DNA of 64,000 bases. It comes from a virus. A model generated the notes under the pieces. The model saw only the letters and a list, made by a program, of their open reading frames with translations, did not search any database and was not told the DNA's origin. The stretch lies in IMG/VR virus record IMGVR_UViG_3300046170_000391. One strand, 5' to 3'. Below, in pieces: positions 10,391 through 18,858 of this stretch. The position numbers and the translations under genes were made by a program. Each line of letters begins with the position of its first letter. The stretch's first letter is position 1.

Positions 10391-10911
10391 TCAGATTTTT
10401 CCTGCTCTTCAGCATAAAGACGCTCTTCTTCTAAGTACTCTTGCATCCACTCAGAGGCTCCATACTCGTCATCAAGATCATCCCCAATACATTCACGTAA
10501 TTCTTCTGGAGTCTCACAGTGTGCATAGTTAATGTGTTCATCACCCCCCTCAGAATTAAAACATCCTACAAAGCACATACCCGGCTCGTAGTAGGTAGCT
10601 TCTACATAAATACCTTGTTCTTGTGCGGCTTCGTACACACCAATAGGAGGACCCCATGCAGTATCAAAAGTCATTACTACATTTAGATCATCTATCCAAT
10701 TCATATCAATGATGTTAGCATCCCACTTAGTACCCCACGCGTCAACACGAGACCAGTACCATGAGTCTTGATCCCATACTTCAGGAACAAAGAAACCAAA
10801 GAATGACCAATTGTCATCATCTGCTTCTTTTTTCATGTGCAGGTGAAGTTCGTCAGCTTCTTCTTTTGTAGGGAAAGTGAGTGTTAGATTATTGTTACAC
10901 CAATTTGGCAT
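10387..10911 (-). CDS. DUF1281/YubB ferredoxin-like domain protein
   Basis: MPNWCNN start, WGTKWDA, FDTAWGPP, YYEPGMCF. Confidence 0.75.
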   Translation of the reverse strand: MPNWCNNNLTLTFPTKEEADELHLHMKKEADDDNWSFFGFFVPEVWDQDSWYWSRVDAWGTKWDANIIDMNWIDDLNVVMTFDTAWGPPIGVYEAAQEQGIYVEATYYEPGMCFVGCFNSEGGDEHINYAHCETPEELRECIGDDLDDEYGASEWMQEYLEEERLYAEEQEKSE

Positions 10912-10951
10912 TGCCTACTCCATATATCTGGTTAAATCTTTATCTTTGTAT

Positions 10952-10980
10952 AATATATCAAACATCAGGCGGATAAGCAA
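10952..10980 (-). promoter_or_regulatory. sigma70-type promoter TTGCTT-N17-TATATT
   Basis: Intergenic, exact 17-nt spacer, one of a repeated family. Confidence 0.7.
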
Positions 10981-10995
10981 GATCAAAGTAACTAT

Positions 10996-11439
10996 CTATT
11001 CTCTTGGGTCACGGCCTACTTGCAAAGATAGGACAGTTATACTAGATACATTTTTTTGTTTATATCCGTATAGGTGAAAGCCTTTGAACGGAGGAGTGGG
11101 GGAACATTCATAAATGAAAGGTTGTGCTTCTGCATATCTTTTCGCTGGCATATCAGCGTCAACCCCGTAGGCAAAAGAAGGGTGAAATTTATTATAAGTG
11201 AAATCAAAAGTTCCTACAGTTCCATCCTCTAACTTAACAGTGCAGACAGTGTGAGAATCACCATTATCGAAAAAAGAAGTGATAATATAAACTTTAGAGT
11301 AGTAACTACTTAACCAGAAAGCACACATTGCAGCATGCTCTCCGCATCTCCAAATACGTCTTGTAGTATCGATACGATTGTCTCTTATATTATCACCTTG
11401 ATGAGCTATAAGAGAAATCATTACTGGAGGTTTATACAT
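10996..11439 (-). CDS. transglutaminase/papain-like Cys-His-Asp protein
   Basis: RCGEHA helix Cys, SHTV His, FDFT Asp with typical spacing. Confidence 0.45.
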   Translation of the reverse strand: MYKPPVMISLIAHQGDNIRDNRIDTTRRIWRCGEHAAMCAFWLSSYYSKVYIITSFFDNGDSHTVCTVKLEDGTVGTFDFTYNKFHPSFAYGVDADMPAKRYAEAQPFIYECSPTPPFKGFHLYGYKQKNVSSITVLSLQVGRDPRE

Positions 11440-11453
11440 AGTTTCTTAAATTA

Positions 11454-11577
11454 AGGCACAAGTATGACGTGAAACTGGGCAACTCCGTTGCCCCACTAGC
11501 TCCCTACGGTCGCACAACTAAACGATAGCCTGTGCCGCGCTGTTCGCCAGCGTTTTTAATCGTTTAACAGCTAACGC
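11454..11577 (-). ncRNA. GC-rich multi-hairpin non-coding element (ncRNA, leader or ssDNA structure)
   Basis: Hairpins CGCTG-GCGAA-CAGCG, GGGCAAC-GGA-GTTGCCC, GCGACC-GTA-GGGAGC; promoter TGGACA-N17-TAATTT at 11582-11610. Confidence 0.45.
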
Positions 11578-11620
11578 ATATAAATTAGCATACATGAAGG
11601 CCAGTGTCCAAATTAAAATA

Positions 11621-11968
11621 TTACCAATCGCGAGGTTTAGGATCATCTAACCAATCATCCATCACGCTAAAGTCTAAGCCTGCGCCAATGAGAATCTGAC
11701 AAGCATAGTTTGCTTCTAGATTGTACTCTATCAACGAGTAGTATCCATTTTCTGATTGATCGTAGAACATGATCCAAGGCAGCTCATGCATATTATTTTC
11801 AATACGTGCTTTTGTCACGCCAGCTATAAACGGAGTGAGACCTTCTTCAGCTTGGCGCTCATTGACTTCAGCTACAGACGCACACTGTACAGGTTTAGAT
11901 GCCCACTCAGGTTCAGCCTGTGCAGAAACTGCCCATAAGAATGCCAGAACAAAGGCTAGCGCTCTCAT
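11621..11968 (-). CDS. secreted hypothetical protein
   Basis: Signal peptide ending AQA; two Cys. Confidence 0.6.
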   Translation of the reverse strand: MRALAFVLAFLWAVSAQAEPEWASKPVQCASVAEVNERQAEEGLTPFIAGVTKARIENNMHELPWIMFYDQSENGYYSLIEYNLEANYACQILIGAGLDFSVMDDWLDDPKPRDW

Positions 11969-12180
11969 TCTTCGCTCATAAAGACGTCAAGCATTTCCAT
12001 GCGATCTTGTGCAGCTGCCATCTTATCCAACTCATCTTGGATTGCTTCCATAATATCAGAGTGTTCACCAATACCTGCAGGATTTTCCATGTATACTTCG
12101 ATATTAGCTTTGTGTAGTAAAAACTCTCCATGCGCATGAGCATAAGCCGCATCGAGCATATTATTCTTCAGTCGTGTCAT
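11965..12180 (-). CDS. conserved hypothetical phage protein
   Basis: KANIEVYMENPAGIGEHSDI; AAGGA SD. Confidence 0.65.
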   Translation of the reverse strand: MTRLKNNMLDAAYAHAHGEFLLHKANIEVYMENPAGIGEHSDIMEAIQDELDKMAAAQDRMEMLDVFMSEE

Positions 12181-12719
12181 TTTGATTCCTTTGCTGTTTT
12201 AAGTATTGATAAAGTTGAATATAATAGTAGAATGTTTTCGGATAGAGATCAGGGTCTGGTAGAGAACCAAACATCTGACACATTTCTTTTATCTCTTCTA
12301 ATTTTAACATTTAGTTAGTAAAAACCCAGATCACATTTGTCGCACTTTTGGGTTGAATTTGGTCAGCACGATGAATACCTACTGACGGTAGAGTTTGAGC
12401 AATTTCAACTGTTGGTTTAGTTTGTGTTTGAATGATTTCTTCTTCACTAGTGTAGTGGTCATAAGCGTGTGCCACTCCAAGTATTAATCCTAATGCTACC
12501 ATAGCTTCCATTATTCTGATTCCCCTTCTTGTTTAATTTGTTGTAATCCAAACTCTGTTTGTTCATAGAGATTTTGATCTATGAATCTACGTTCTCCAAC
12601 CTGTAGTTGTATTGGGTCGCGGATTACCAGTGTTTCACCACACTTTGTGCAGTAGGCTTGCATTCCAAAACGGGAAATTAAGCAAAAGTTATGTCCAAAA
12701 AATGCACATATTACGTTCA

Positions 12720-12908
12720 TTACACACCCTCTGAATTAATTGGTTTGCAAAGGTATGTAACAGATGTCCAATCACCATCGAGAGGGATCTGTTGATACAG
12801 TCCTTTTGATAGTTCACATTCTTGTTTAGTGTCAAACCACTGAACATCTTGCACTACACAGTTTGAACCTAAACATGCGGTTAATAGAATTTGCCAAATA
12901 ATCTCCAT
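12720..12908 (-). CDS. small Cys-containing hypothetical protein
   Basis: Hydrophobic N-terminus, FDTKQEC ... YLCKP. Confidence 0.55.
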   Translation of the reverse strand: MEIIWQILLTACLGSNCVVQDVQWFDTKQECELSKGLYQQIPLDGDWTSVTYLCKPINSEGV

Positions 12909-13028
12909 CAGAACAACCCTACGATACCTCTTATAGCTGTATATACAATAATACCAGCTGTAAGAGCAAAAGGCAAGTATACTAACACAATCTCAATGTC
13001 GTCATGTTCTCTAAAGAATTGAATAATT

Positions 13029-13577
13029 TTACTCATGTTCTCCTCCTGGATCATTTGAATCAAGCATAACTCGCTTACCATTAATCCACATGTGCCCTCG
13101 TGTGCGACTTACAGAATGATAACCATCCGTGCGCAACCTAAAAAGTTCAGGTTTGTTCTTTGCAACTGTAAAGGTTCCAACAGTGATTGCAATCGCTGCC
13201 AACACAATAACGTGTGCAATAGCAGTGACTCCAAACATCCACATGCTGCCAAAGTAGCTACTAAACACAATACACCACATCCAGGCTAATACTTGCATCA
13301 CCATGTGTCGTGTGTTTAAGTCTGGAATATGTCGTAATGGATTCATATTATGATCCATGATTGTATTCCAACAGTTTATAATAAATGTGCTCATTGGATA
13401 AACTCCTTTGTTAAATGTAACACGAAGTGGATAATGAGCGTCCACTGTGTCTCTAAAATCTATTGCGTCATACTGATCTACAAAGTATCGAGTAACAACA
13501 TGACTTTTGAAATATGCTTTTACTTGATACATTAATACCTCAATAAGTAGTCCCAATGACCTGATGTTCTGACACAT
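13029..13577 (-). CDS. membrane protein (may be two adjacent genes; second start MSTFII)
   Basis: MQVLAWMWCIVFS and AHVIVLAAIAIT TM segments; ends DPGGEHE. Confidence 0.55.
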   Translation of the reverse strand: MCQNIRSLGLLIEVLMYQVKAYFKSHVVTRYFVDQYDAIDFRDTVDAHYPLRVTFNKGVYPMSTFIINCWNTIMDHNMNPLRHIPDLNTRHMVMQVLAWMWCIVFSSYFGSMWMFGVTAIAHVIVLAAIAITVGTFTVAKNKPELFRLRTDGYHSVSRTRGHMWINGKRVMLDSNDPGGEHE

Positions 13578-13723
13578 ACCCAGTCACGATTAAGAGTTCT
13601 AAAATTGTATTCAAACTCTTGTTCTGTTTTTGCAGCATAACACTCAGCAATTGAAGTGTGTATGCTAATTTTTTCTGCTAATAAATTATTGCCTACAAGT
13701 GAAACCATTACAAGAATCCACAT
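13532..13723 (-). CDS. small Cys-containing hypothetical protein
   Basis: MWILVMVSL ... SIAECY ... WVCVR; AGGAG SD. Confidence 0.55.
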   Translation of the reverse strand: MWILVMVSLVGNNLLAEKISIHTSIAECYAAKTEQEFEYNFRTLNRDWVCVRTSGHWDYLLRY

Positions 13724-13734
13724 TATATCTCCTT

Positions 13735-13808
13735 TGGCAGAGGATCAAGGAATTGAACCCTGTCTTGCTGGGTTGGAGCCAGCTGTGCTACCGTAACACT
13801 TATCCTCT
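13735..13808 (-). tRNA. trnW: tRNA-Trp(CCA)
   Basis: Cloverleaf AGAGGAT/ATCCTCT, anticodon loop CTCCAAC, GGTTCAATT, encoded CCA. Confidence 0.93.
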
Positions 13809-13812
13809 ATTT

Positions 13813-13887
13813 TGGAGCGGGTAGACGGAATCGAACCGACATCCTCAGCTTGGAAGGCTGTGATAATTGCCATTATACTATACCCGC
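13813..13887 (-). tRNA. trnG: tRNA-Gly(TCC)
   Basis: GCGGGTA/TACCCGC acceptor, loop CTTCCAA, U73, CCA. Confidence 0.92.
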
Positions 13888-13888
13888 A

Positions 13889-13965
13889 TGGACGCCCTTG
13901 AGAGACTCGAACTCCCGACCTTTTGGTTCGTAGCCAAATGCTCTAATCCACTGAGCTAAAGAGCG
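13889..13965 (-). tRNA. trnR: tRNA-Arg(ACG)
   Basis: TAGCTCAGTGGATTAGAGC D-arm, loop CTACGAA, GTTCGAGTC, CCA. Confidence 0.92.
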
Positions 13966-14179
13966 TATAAATCTTATGTAGTGTATAAAACCACACACCG
14001 TTAATAGAAGGCTCAATCAATGCAACAAGTCCCGCTTCCCATAAACTTGCTTCTGTCATGATACTTACAACAGACATTGCTATAATAACATGGCCGACAG
14101 TATAAATCAAGGCAAGAGCAATACTCGATTGGCTTAAATTTTGTAATACAACGTATGCTCCTTGCCTAAACTCAGTCAC
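13943..14179 (-). CDS. DUF2061-like small membrane protein
   Basis: IYTVGHVII ... ALIEPSINGVWFYTLH; 3' end overlaps tRNA-Arg. Confidence 0.65.
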   Translation of the reverse strand: MTEFRQGAYVVLQNLSQSSIALALIYTVGHVIIAMSVVSIMTEASLWEAGLVALIEPSINGVWFYTLHKIYTLFSSVD

Positions 14180-14448
14180 TTAACAATCCTCTGGGTAAAT
14201 GCTCTTATTACGTTCTACTTTTCTACGTGCTGCCATTCTCCAAGGGGGTCTATCCTCTGTAAAGGTTGCATCACTTGCAGGAGTCTCGTCTAACTTACGT
14301 GTTAGTGTAGCAACGCGTGACTCCATCCAACTAATAGCAGTACTAATATGCCCAGTATCGTGTGGAGCAAGTTGAGACTTAGCAAATTCAATCTCACGTA
14401 ATAGATGAATTACTCTTTCATAATCAGCTTTAGTTCCATTATAGTGCA

Positions 14449-14658
14449 TTAGTTATCTAACTCCACTGCTGAGTGTTCCATTACAAGTGTGACTACTTCA
14501 TCCATCTGGGTGCAAACAATCTTATAGTGTTTCCATTCGTCGTCACGAGTACGACCACCAAACTCTACAAGCCAGCCGTTGTCAGCGCGTCTTACAGTAA
14601 TATCTTCATTTACTTTTGCAAGCTTGCTTGCGATAGTTCCGTCCATTTTATTAGCCAT
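14449..14658 (-). CDS. hypothetical phage protein
   Basis: VRRADNGWLVEFGGR; coupled to neighbours. Confidence 0.6.
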   Translation of the reverse strand: MANKMDGTIASKLAKVNEDITVRRADNGWLVEFGGRTRDDEWKHYKIVCTQMDEVVTLVMEHSAVELDN

Positions 14659-14883
14659 ATCATTATCCTAAAATTTTGTTAGTGGTTGAATCTACATAGT
14701 CTTTTTCGTTAAAGAACTTGCGACTAACGATTTTTTGACAAATTGCGCCGTCTAAGTCGCGATAAGTTGTGACAAGTTGTTGTTCTAGTAACCCTGTAGT
14801 AGGCTGGGCAAGAAACTTGTCATGTTCCCATCCAGAATCTGTTTTAGTCATTAGTGCAATCATATAAATCTCCCATTTTTTAT

Positions 14884-14912
14884 ATCATACAAGAATAAAG
14901 GCCATAAAGCAA
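14884..14912 (-). promoter_or_regulatory. sigma70-type promoter TTGCTT-N17-TATGAT
   Basis: Exact spacing; preceded by terminator-like hairpin AAAGGAGCT..GGTTCCTTT. Confidence 0.7.
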
Positions 14913-15065
14913 GAAAGGAACCACATTAGCAGCTCCTTTAGTACTTAGATTTTTTGTTTTACTTATTGTAAGAAGTCAGCTTCTTCATCAGTATAAGGCC
15001 ACATTACTTGCCACCTTTTTTCTGTTCACCCTTTGGGCGAAGGTATGTGTGATCGACATCTAACA

Positions 15066-15242
15066 TTAGTATCTTGTCCCGTATCCATTGATTTCTGCAT
15101 TCAGACGACGCTCAAGTTCTGCGAGTGTATAAGTTGATTCACGATACTTTAATGGTTGCCCCATTGGTGTACCAGGCCAACCACCTGTTTTTGCATCGCT
15201 AAATCGCATACTGACGATGTTATTTATGAAACGTTTAATCAT
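15066..15242 (-). CDS. 58-aa hypothetical protein (not in ORF track)
   Basis: AAGGA SD; MIKRFINN...GGWPGTPMGQPLKY; TAATG-coupled to next micro-ORF. Confidence 0.55.
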   Translation of the reverse strand: MIKRFINNIVSMRFSDAKTGGWPGTPMGQPLKYRESTYTLAELERRLNAEINGYGTRY

Positions 15243-15293
15243 TTGTGTTGTTCCTTTCTAAAATTTTAGAAAGTTTGCTGATTGTTTGAGGGT

Positions 15294-15557
15294 TCATTTG
15301 TAGTACTCCTTCAATGTTTTATCATTAAGGATCGCCAAAACACCTGCGTAGTCTTCGTGCGGATATTCGTGACGAAGCATGTGAGCAAGTTTTTGATTAG
15401 CTTCAATTTGTCTTGAAACTTGAATCGCTCGACCCAATGCGTCTAAGTAACCTGTCATCGAAACAAACAGTGCTGCAATGAATGAATTGCGAATATATGA
15501 AGCTACCTTGTTGCAAAACGAACAAGTATAGCCCCATGTTAGGGTAAGTGTAGTCAT
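15294..15557 (-). CDS. hypothetical protein in hsp20 operon
   Basis: GAGGAG SD, directly after hsp20. Confidence 0.65.
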   Translation of the reverse strand: MTTLTLTWGYTCSFCNKVASYIRNSFIAALFVSMTGYLDALGRAIQVSRQIEANQKLAHMLRHEYPHEDYAGVLAILNDKTLKEYYK

Positions 15558-15578
15558 TGATTTCTCCTCGAATATTGA

Positions 15579-15983
15579 TTATTTGATCTCAATTAAACGA
15601 GGACGCTGCTCTTCTGGAATTACTACTTGAGGTCGATCACAAGTAGTCCATCCTTAATTTCAGCTCCATGCACTTGAGTGTGCTCAGACAGACGAAACTG
15701 GCGTTTAAACTTCTTTGTACTAATTCCACGATGAATAAATTCACGACCACGAGATTCATGCTCACCTACAACGGTTAACACTCCTTCTTTAAGTTCAGCT
15801 GATACTTCATCTTTTGTGAAGCCTGCAACTGCAACCTCAATAGCAAGCTCATGTTCATTGTATTTTACAATGTTATGAGGTGGATAATGATCCATTGCAT
15901 GTGTTGAAATTTGTTCTAGTTCTTTTAGAATATGATCGAAGCCGATAAAACCAGCATTACGAATAGCGAATTGGTCCTGTCAT
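15579..15983 (-). pseudogene. Hsp20/IbpA small heat-shock protein with two frameshifts
   Basis: Core YPPHNIVK..EVAVAGF..HRGIS..F.R.F.L..DGLL. The N-terminus (ATG 15983, ...GFIGFDH) and C-terminus (VVIPEEQRPRLIEIK*) are each offset by 1 nt. Confidence 0.8.
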
Positions 15984-16036
15984 TTTTTTCTCCTTTATAA
16001 CAGCAAGAAATTTATAAGTCCCTAACGGCAACTTAT
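15984..16036 (-). promoter_or_regulatory. ROSE-like RNA thermometer in hsp20 5'UTR
   Basis: UUUCUU(G)CU pairs with AGGAGAAA (UUGCU motif, bulged G opposite SD); upstream hairpin AUAAGUU..GACUUAU; promoter TTGCTT-N17-TACTAT at 16043-16071. Confidence 0.7.
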
Positions 16037-16122
16037 GTACATATAGTATTAAAATTAATCCTATCAAGCAAGCTAAATTTATAAAAGTCTGGACAAATTG
16101 ACAGTTTAAAATAAAATTAAAT

Positions 16123-16626
16123 ATGATTAAAATTAACGATAAAAGCGGAATTAAATATTTAAAGTACTATCCCGACACATGCTTACCTACTATAAAAAAT
16201 ATGGTATCAGACCTGAATTTTGTTCATGTAAATATTGTAGATAGTAAAGAGGAAGATGAAATAGTAGAAGGGGCTCAATGGGAGCTTTTTGATAAAAAAA
16301 TACAATCTTTAGTAGAATTTTATAATAAATGCGTAGCCGTGTCTTTGTATAGATGTCCTATTCTTTTTCATACACAATTACCTAATTTTATACCATCTTT
16401 AACAGATTCAATGATTCATAAATATTGTGAGTTTAACGATAAAAGTTATGAAGAAGCTAAGGCTCATCTAGAACTATTGTTTGAGTTAGCTAAAGATCAG
16501 TCATGGGAAATGTATTGTTTCTATGATAAATGGTCTAATGAGATTAAATATTGTGAAGACATAAAATCTTTAAATAAAGTATTTGAAAATGCTATGAATA
16601 AAATTGAAAATCATTCTGTGATGTAA
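16123..16626 (+). CDS. hypothetical protein
   Basis: Long ORF, TAATG-coupled to next gene. Confidence 0.55.
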   Translation: MIKINDKSGIKYLKYYPDTCLPTIKNMVSDLNFVHVNIVDSKEEDEIVEGAQWELFDKKIQSLVEFYNKCVAVSLYRCPILFHTQLPNFIPSLTDSMIHKYCEFNDKSYEEAKAHLELLFELAKDQSWEMYCFYDKWSNEIKYCEDIKSLNKVFENAMNKIENHSVM

Positions 16627-17573
16627 TGCAATACATAAATGACCCGTTTACAGATAGAACAAGACCTCTATTTGACATTTTTGGTTTTGGCAGATTTTTA
16701 TGTGATAGAAAAAATCCAGAAAATACAAAAAAATGGCCTTACAAATTTACTATACGTGATGACTGCCGTATGCCAACAGAACTTACTACTTTAAGTTTTG
16801 AAGAAATTTGCATGAAAAAATTAAACGAAATAAAACATATGAATAGGGATAATTGGGTAGTTTTATGGAGTGGAGGTATAGATTCATCACTTGTTCTAAG
16901 ATTATTACTAGAACATGAAAAAGATTTTAATTTTAGTGTTATGTTGTCTGACGCTTCAATACAAACTTTTCCAGAAATGTACAATGAATTACTGAAAAGA
17001 GGTATCAATCTTTTATCAATTTCAAAGTATCTTGAAATTGCTAATGAAGTATCTTATTTAGCTGGTGCTGGGGCTGACCCCTTAACATATCAATTTGCAA
17101 ACTGGTATGAAAGAGGAATAAATCCAGATATGCCTATAGATAATTTCTACACTGCTTACTCAAAGATTATGAAAAGCAAATCACTAGCAAAATTTCAAAT
17201 TGATTTGATATTAGATTCTTGCCCCTATGAATTAGAATATTTTTGTGACTTAGCTTGGTGGTATAGTTTTAATTTCGGGTGGCAAAGCACAAGTTTAGGT
17301 CATAATATAATGCTACAAGCTAACAATACGCATTACAAAAGAAAAATTGAAGCTTTTTTCACAGGGAATTTGTTTGAAAGATGGTCTTTGTCCACGTATA
17401 AATCAAGGAGGATAGATAACCACAGAGATATTAAAGCACCTATTAAAAGATTTATTTACGCACTAGGGGATAAAAACTACGCTGATAGAATAATTAAGAC
17501 TAAAAGTCATATTCTGGCTCTAGGAATGAATAAATCACATAGAGACATTGACGCTAATGGTAAACTTTTATAA
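16626..17573 (+). CDS. PP-loop ATP pyrophosphatase, asparagine-synthetase C-domain-like
   Basis: VLWSGGIDSS, GAGADPL, EAFF ... K motifs. Confidence 0.7.
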   Translation: MQYINDPFTDRTRPLFDIFGFGRFLCDRKNPENTKKWPYKFTIRDDCRMPTELTTLSFEEICMKKLNEIKHMNRDNWVVLWSGGIDSSLVLRLLLEHEKDFNFSVMLSDASIQTFPEMYNELLKRGINLLSISKYLEIANEVSYLAGAGADPLTYQFANWYERGINPDMPIDNFYTAYSKIMKSKSLAKFQIDLILDSCPYELEYFCDLAWWYSFNFGWQSTSLGHNIMLQANNTHYKRKIEAFFTGNLFERWSLSTYKSRRIDNHRDIKAPIKRFIYALGDKNYADRIIKTKSHILALGMNKSHRDIDANGKLL

Positions 17574-17760
17574 ATTGTGTTCTTCAATTATGTCATCAAA
17601 TCTTTGTGTAAAAAAAGACATATCTGCAATGAAAAATGATAGTAATAGTGTTAAAGCAGTTATAGGAATTGCAAAGAGCATTGATGCTAGTAAAGTAATA
17701 TTAAACCATTTAAATTGAGTAAATACGTAACTTTTTAGCTCTTCTTTTGGTACAATTAAC

Positions 17761-18303
17761 TCATTTAAACCTATAAAATATATGATCATCGATTTCAATA
17801 GTTTTCTCCTTTTGTTTTGCCCAGCTCGGTAATACGTAATCTGCGTGATAGAATAATGCTCCGCCTGTATAATCCATGTATTTAGTAGTTAAAATAGCAT
17901 TAGCAATTTCATGGGCTATCATAACAGCTTCCTCATCGAACTTAGGAAACTTATCCGTTTTTCCATCACAATACCACGAAAATTGACAACGATCTCTCAT
18001 TGGTATTAATATAGAAGGATCTTTCCATGACTTACGGTGTAACCCTTCATAAACTACTTCACAAACTGTACCAGGAAAGCGCTCATCTCTAACACGATTC
18101 ATAGTAACCATCCCAACAGCCCATTGACCAAAGTAAGATTGATTTCGTGCTTCCCAGTATATATTCTTTGCTAAACAAAGAAGTTCGTCTGCATGCTGAT
18201 TACTGATAGTTGAGGGGTGGGCGTTCTGAGCGAATAATGTCAGACTCGCGACAATCGCTACCAAACTGAATCTCAATGATGTGAACAGGTATTTCTGTTT
18301 CAT
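17761..18303 (-). CDS. cell wall hydrolase (SleB/Hydrolase_2)
   Basis: CLAKNIYWEARNQ, VTMNRV, CQFSWYCDG, ALFYHA, HIFY; start revised to MKQKYL. Confidence 0.92.
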   Translation of the reverse strand: MKQKYLFTSLRFSLVAIVASLTLFAQNAHPSTISNQHADELLCLAKNIYWEARNQSYFGQWAVGMVTMNRVRDERFPGTVCEVVYEGLHRKSWKDPSILIPMRDRCQFSWYCDGKTDKFPKFDEEAVMIAHEIANAILTTKYMDYTGGALFYHADYVLPSWAKQKEKTIEIDDHIFYRFK

Positions 18304-18571
18304 TTGCAAGTTGGTGCCACTTTCCTTGAGCGATATCAAATGTTTTGAATTGAGTAATAGTATCCTTAAAAACTTCGTGCCCATCATTATCCGCTGAGTA
18401 ATAAACTGTAGCAGTTCCTCGACTACAAAACCAATGCTCAGATCTATGCTCGTGTTTTTGCCACGAAAGACGACATCCAGGATTAACTACTAGTTCTTTT
18501 ACTTTACAAGTACTATCATATTTTTGAAGTACGTCCCAGTATCCCCAGTCACGTGTTACTATTCCATCCAT
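18200..18571 (-). CDS. mannose-6-phosphate isomerase type II cupin domain
   Basis: RDWGYW, LSWQKHEHRSEHW, WHQLAN, IIEIQFG, ESDIIR. Confidence 0.85.
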   Translation of the reverse strand: MDGIVTRDWGYWDVLQKYDSTCKVKELVVNPGCRLSWQKHEHRSEHWFCSRGTATVYYSADNDGHEVFKDTITQFKTFDIAQGKWHQLANETEIPVHIIEIQFGSDCRESDIIRSERPPLNYQ

Positions 18572-18804
18572 AAGTTACCTACTATATTAGCTTCATCATC
18601 AAAAACAACACCTACAGGGTTATTTATCTTATTCCAAGCTTTTAAAATCTTGGTATGTTTACAAGTCCTATAACGAGAAGGACAAGAACAGCCTCTAGTA
18701 TTGATGGTATATACATCAATTGGATAACTTGATTCTTCAAATTTTGCAACTTCATCACTAAACTTTCCTTTACGAACAACATAATCAGCCACTAAAATCT
18801 CCAT
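18559..18804 (-). CDS. SWIM zinc-finger protein
   Basis: CSCP....CKH. Confidence 0.7.
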   Translation of the reverse strand: MEILVADYVVRKGKFSDEVAKFEESSYPIDVYTINTRGCSCPSRYRTCKHTKILKAWNKINNPVGVVFDDEANIVGNLWME

Positions 18805-18858
18805 ATTTTAACTATAGTATCAAAACTATGTCTACTTTGCAATTATAAAGTATATTTA

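Noticed and set aside
11454-11577. tRNA, known riboswitch, self-cleaving ribozyme or retron msr-msd
   Set aside because: No cloverleaf or T-loop, no consensus I could match by eye, and no reverse transcriptase in the window.
15620-15625. TAG read-through or alternative genetic code to explain hsp20 truncation
   Set aside because: The missing C-terminus is in a different frame, TAG is followed by TAA, and TAG terminates many other genes normally.
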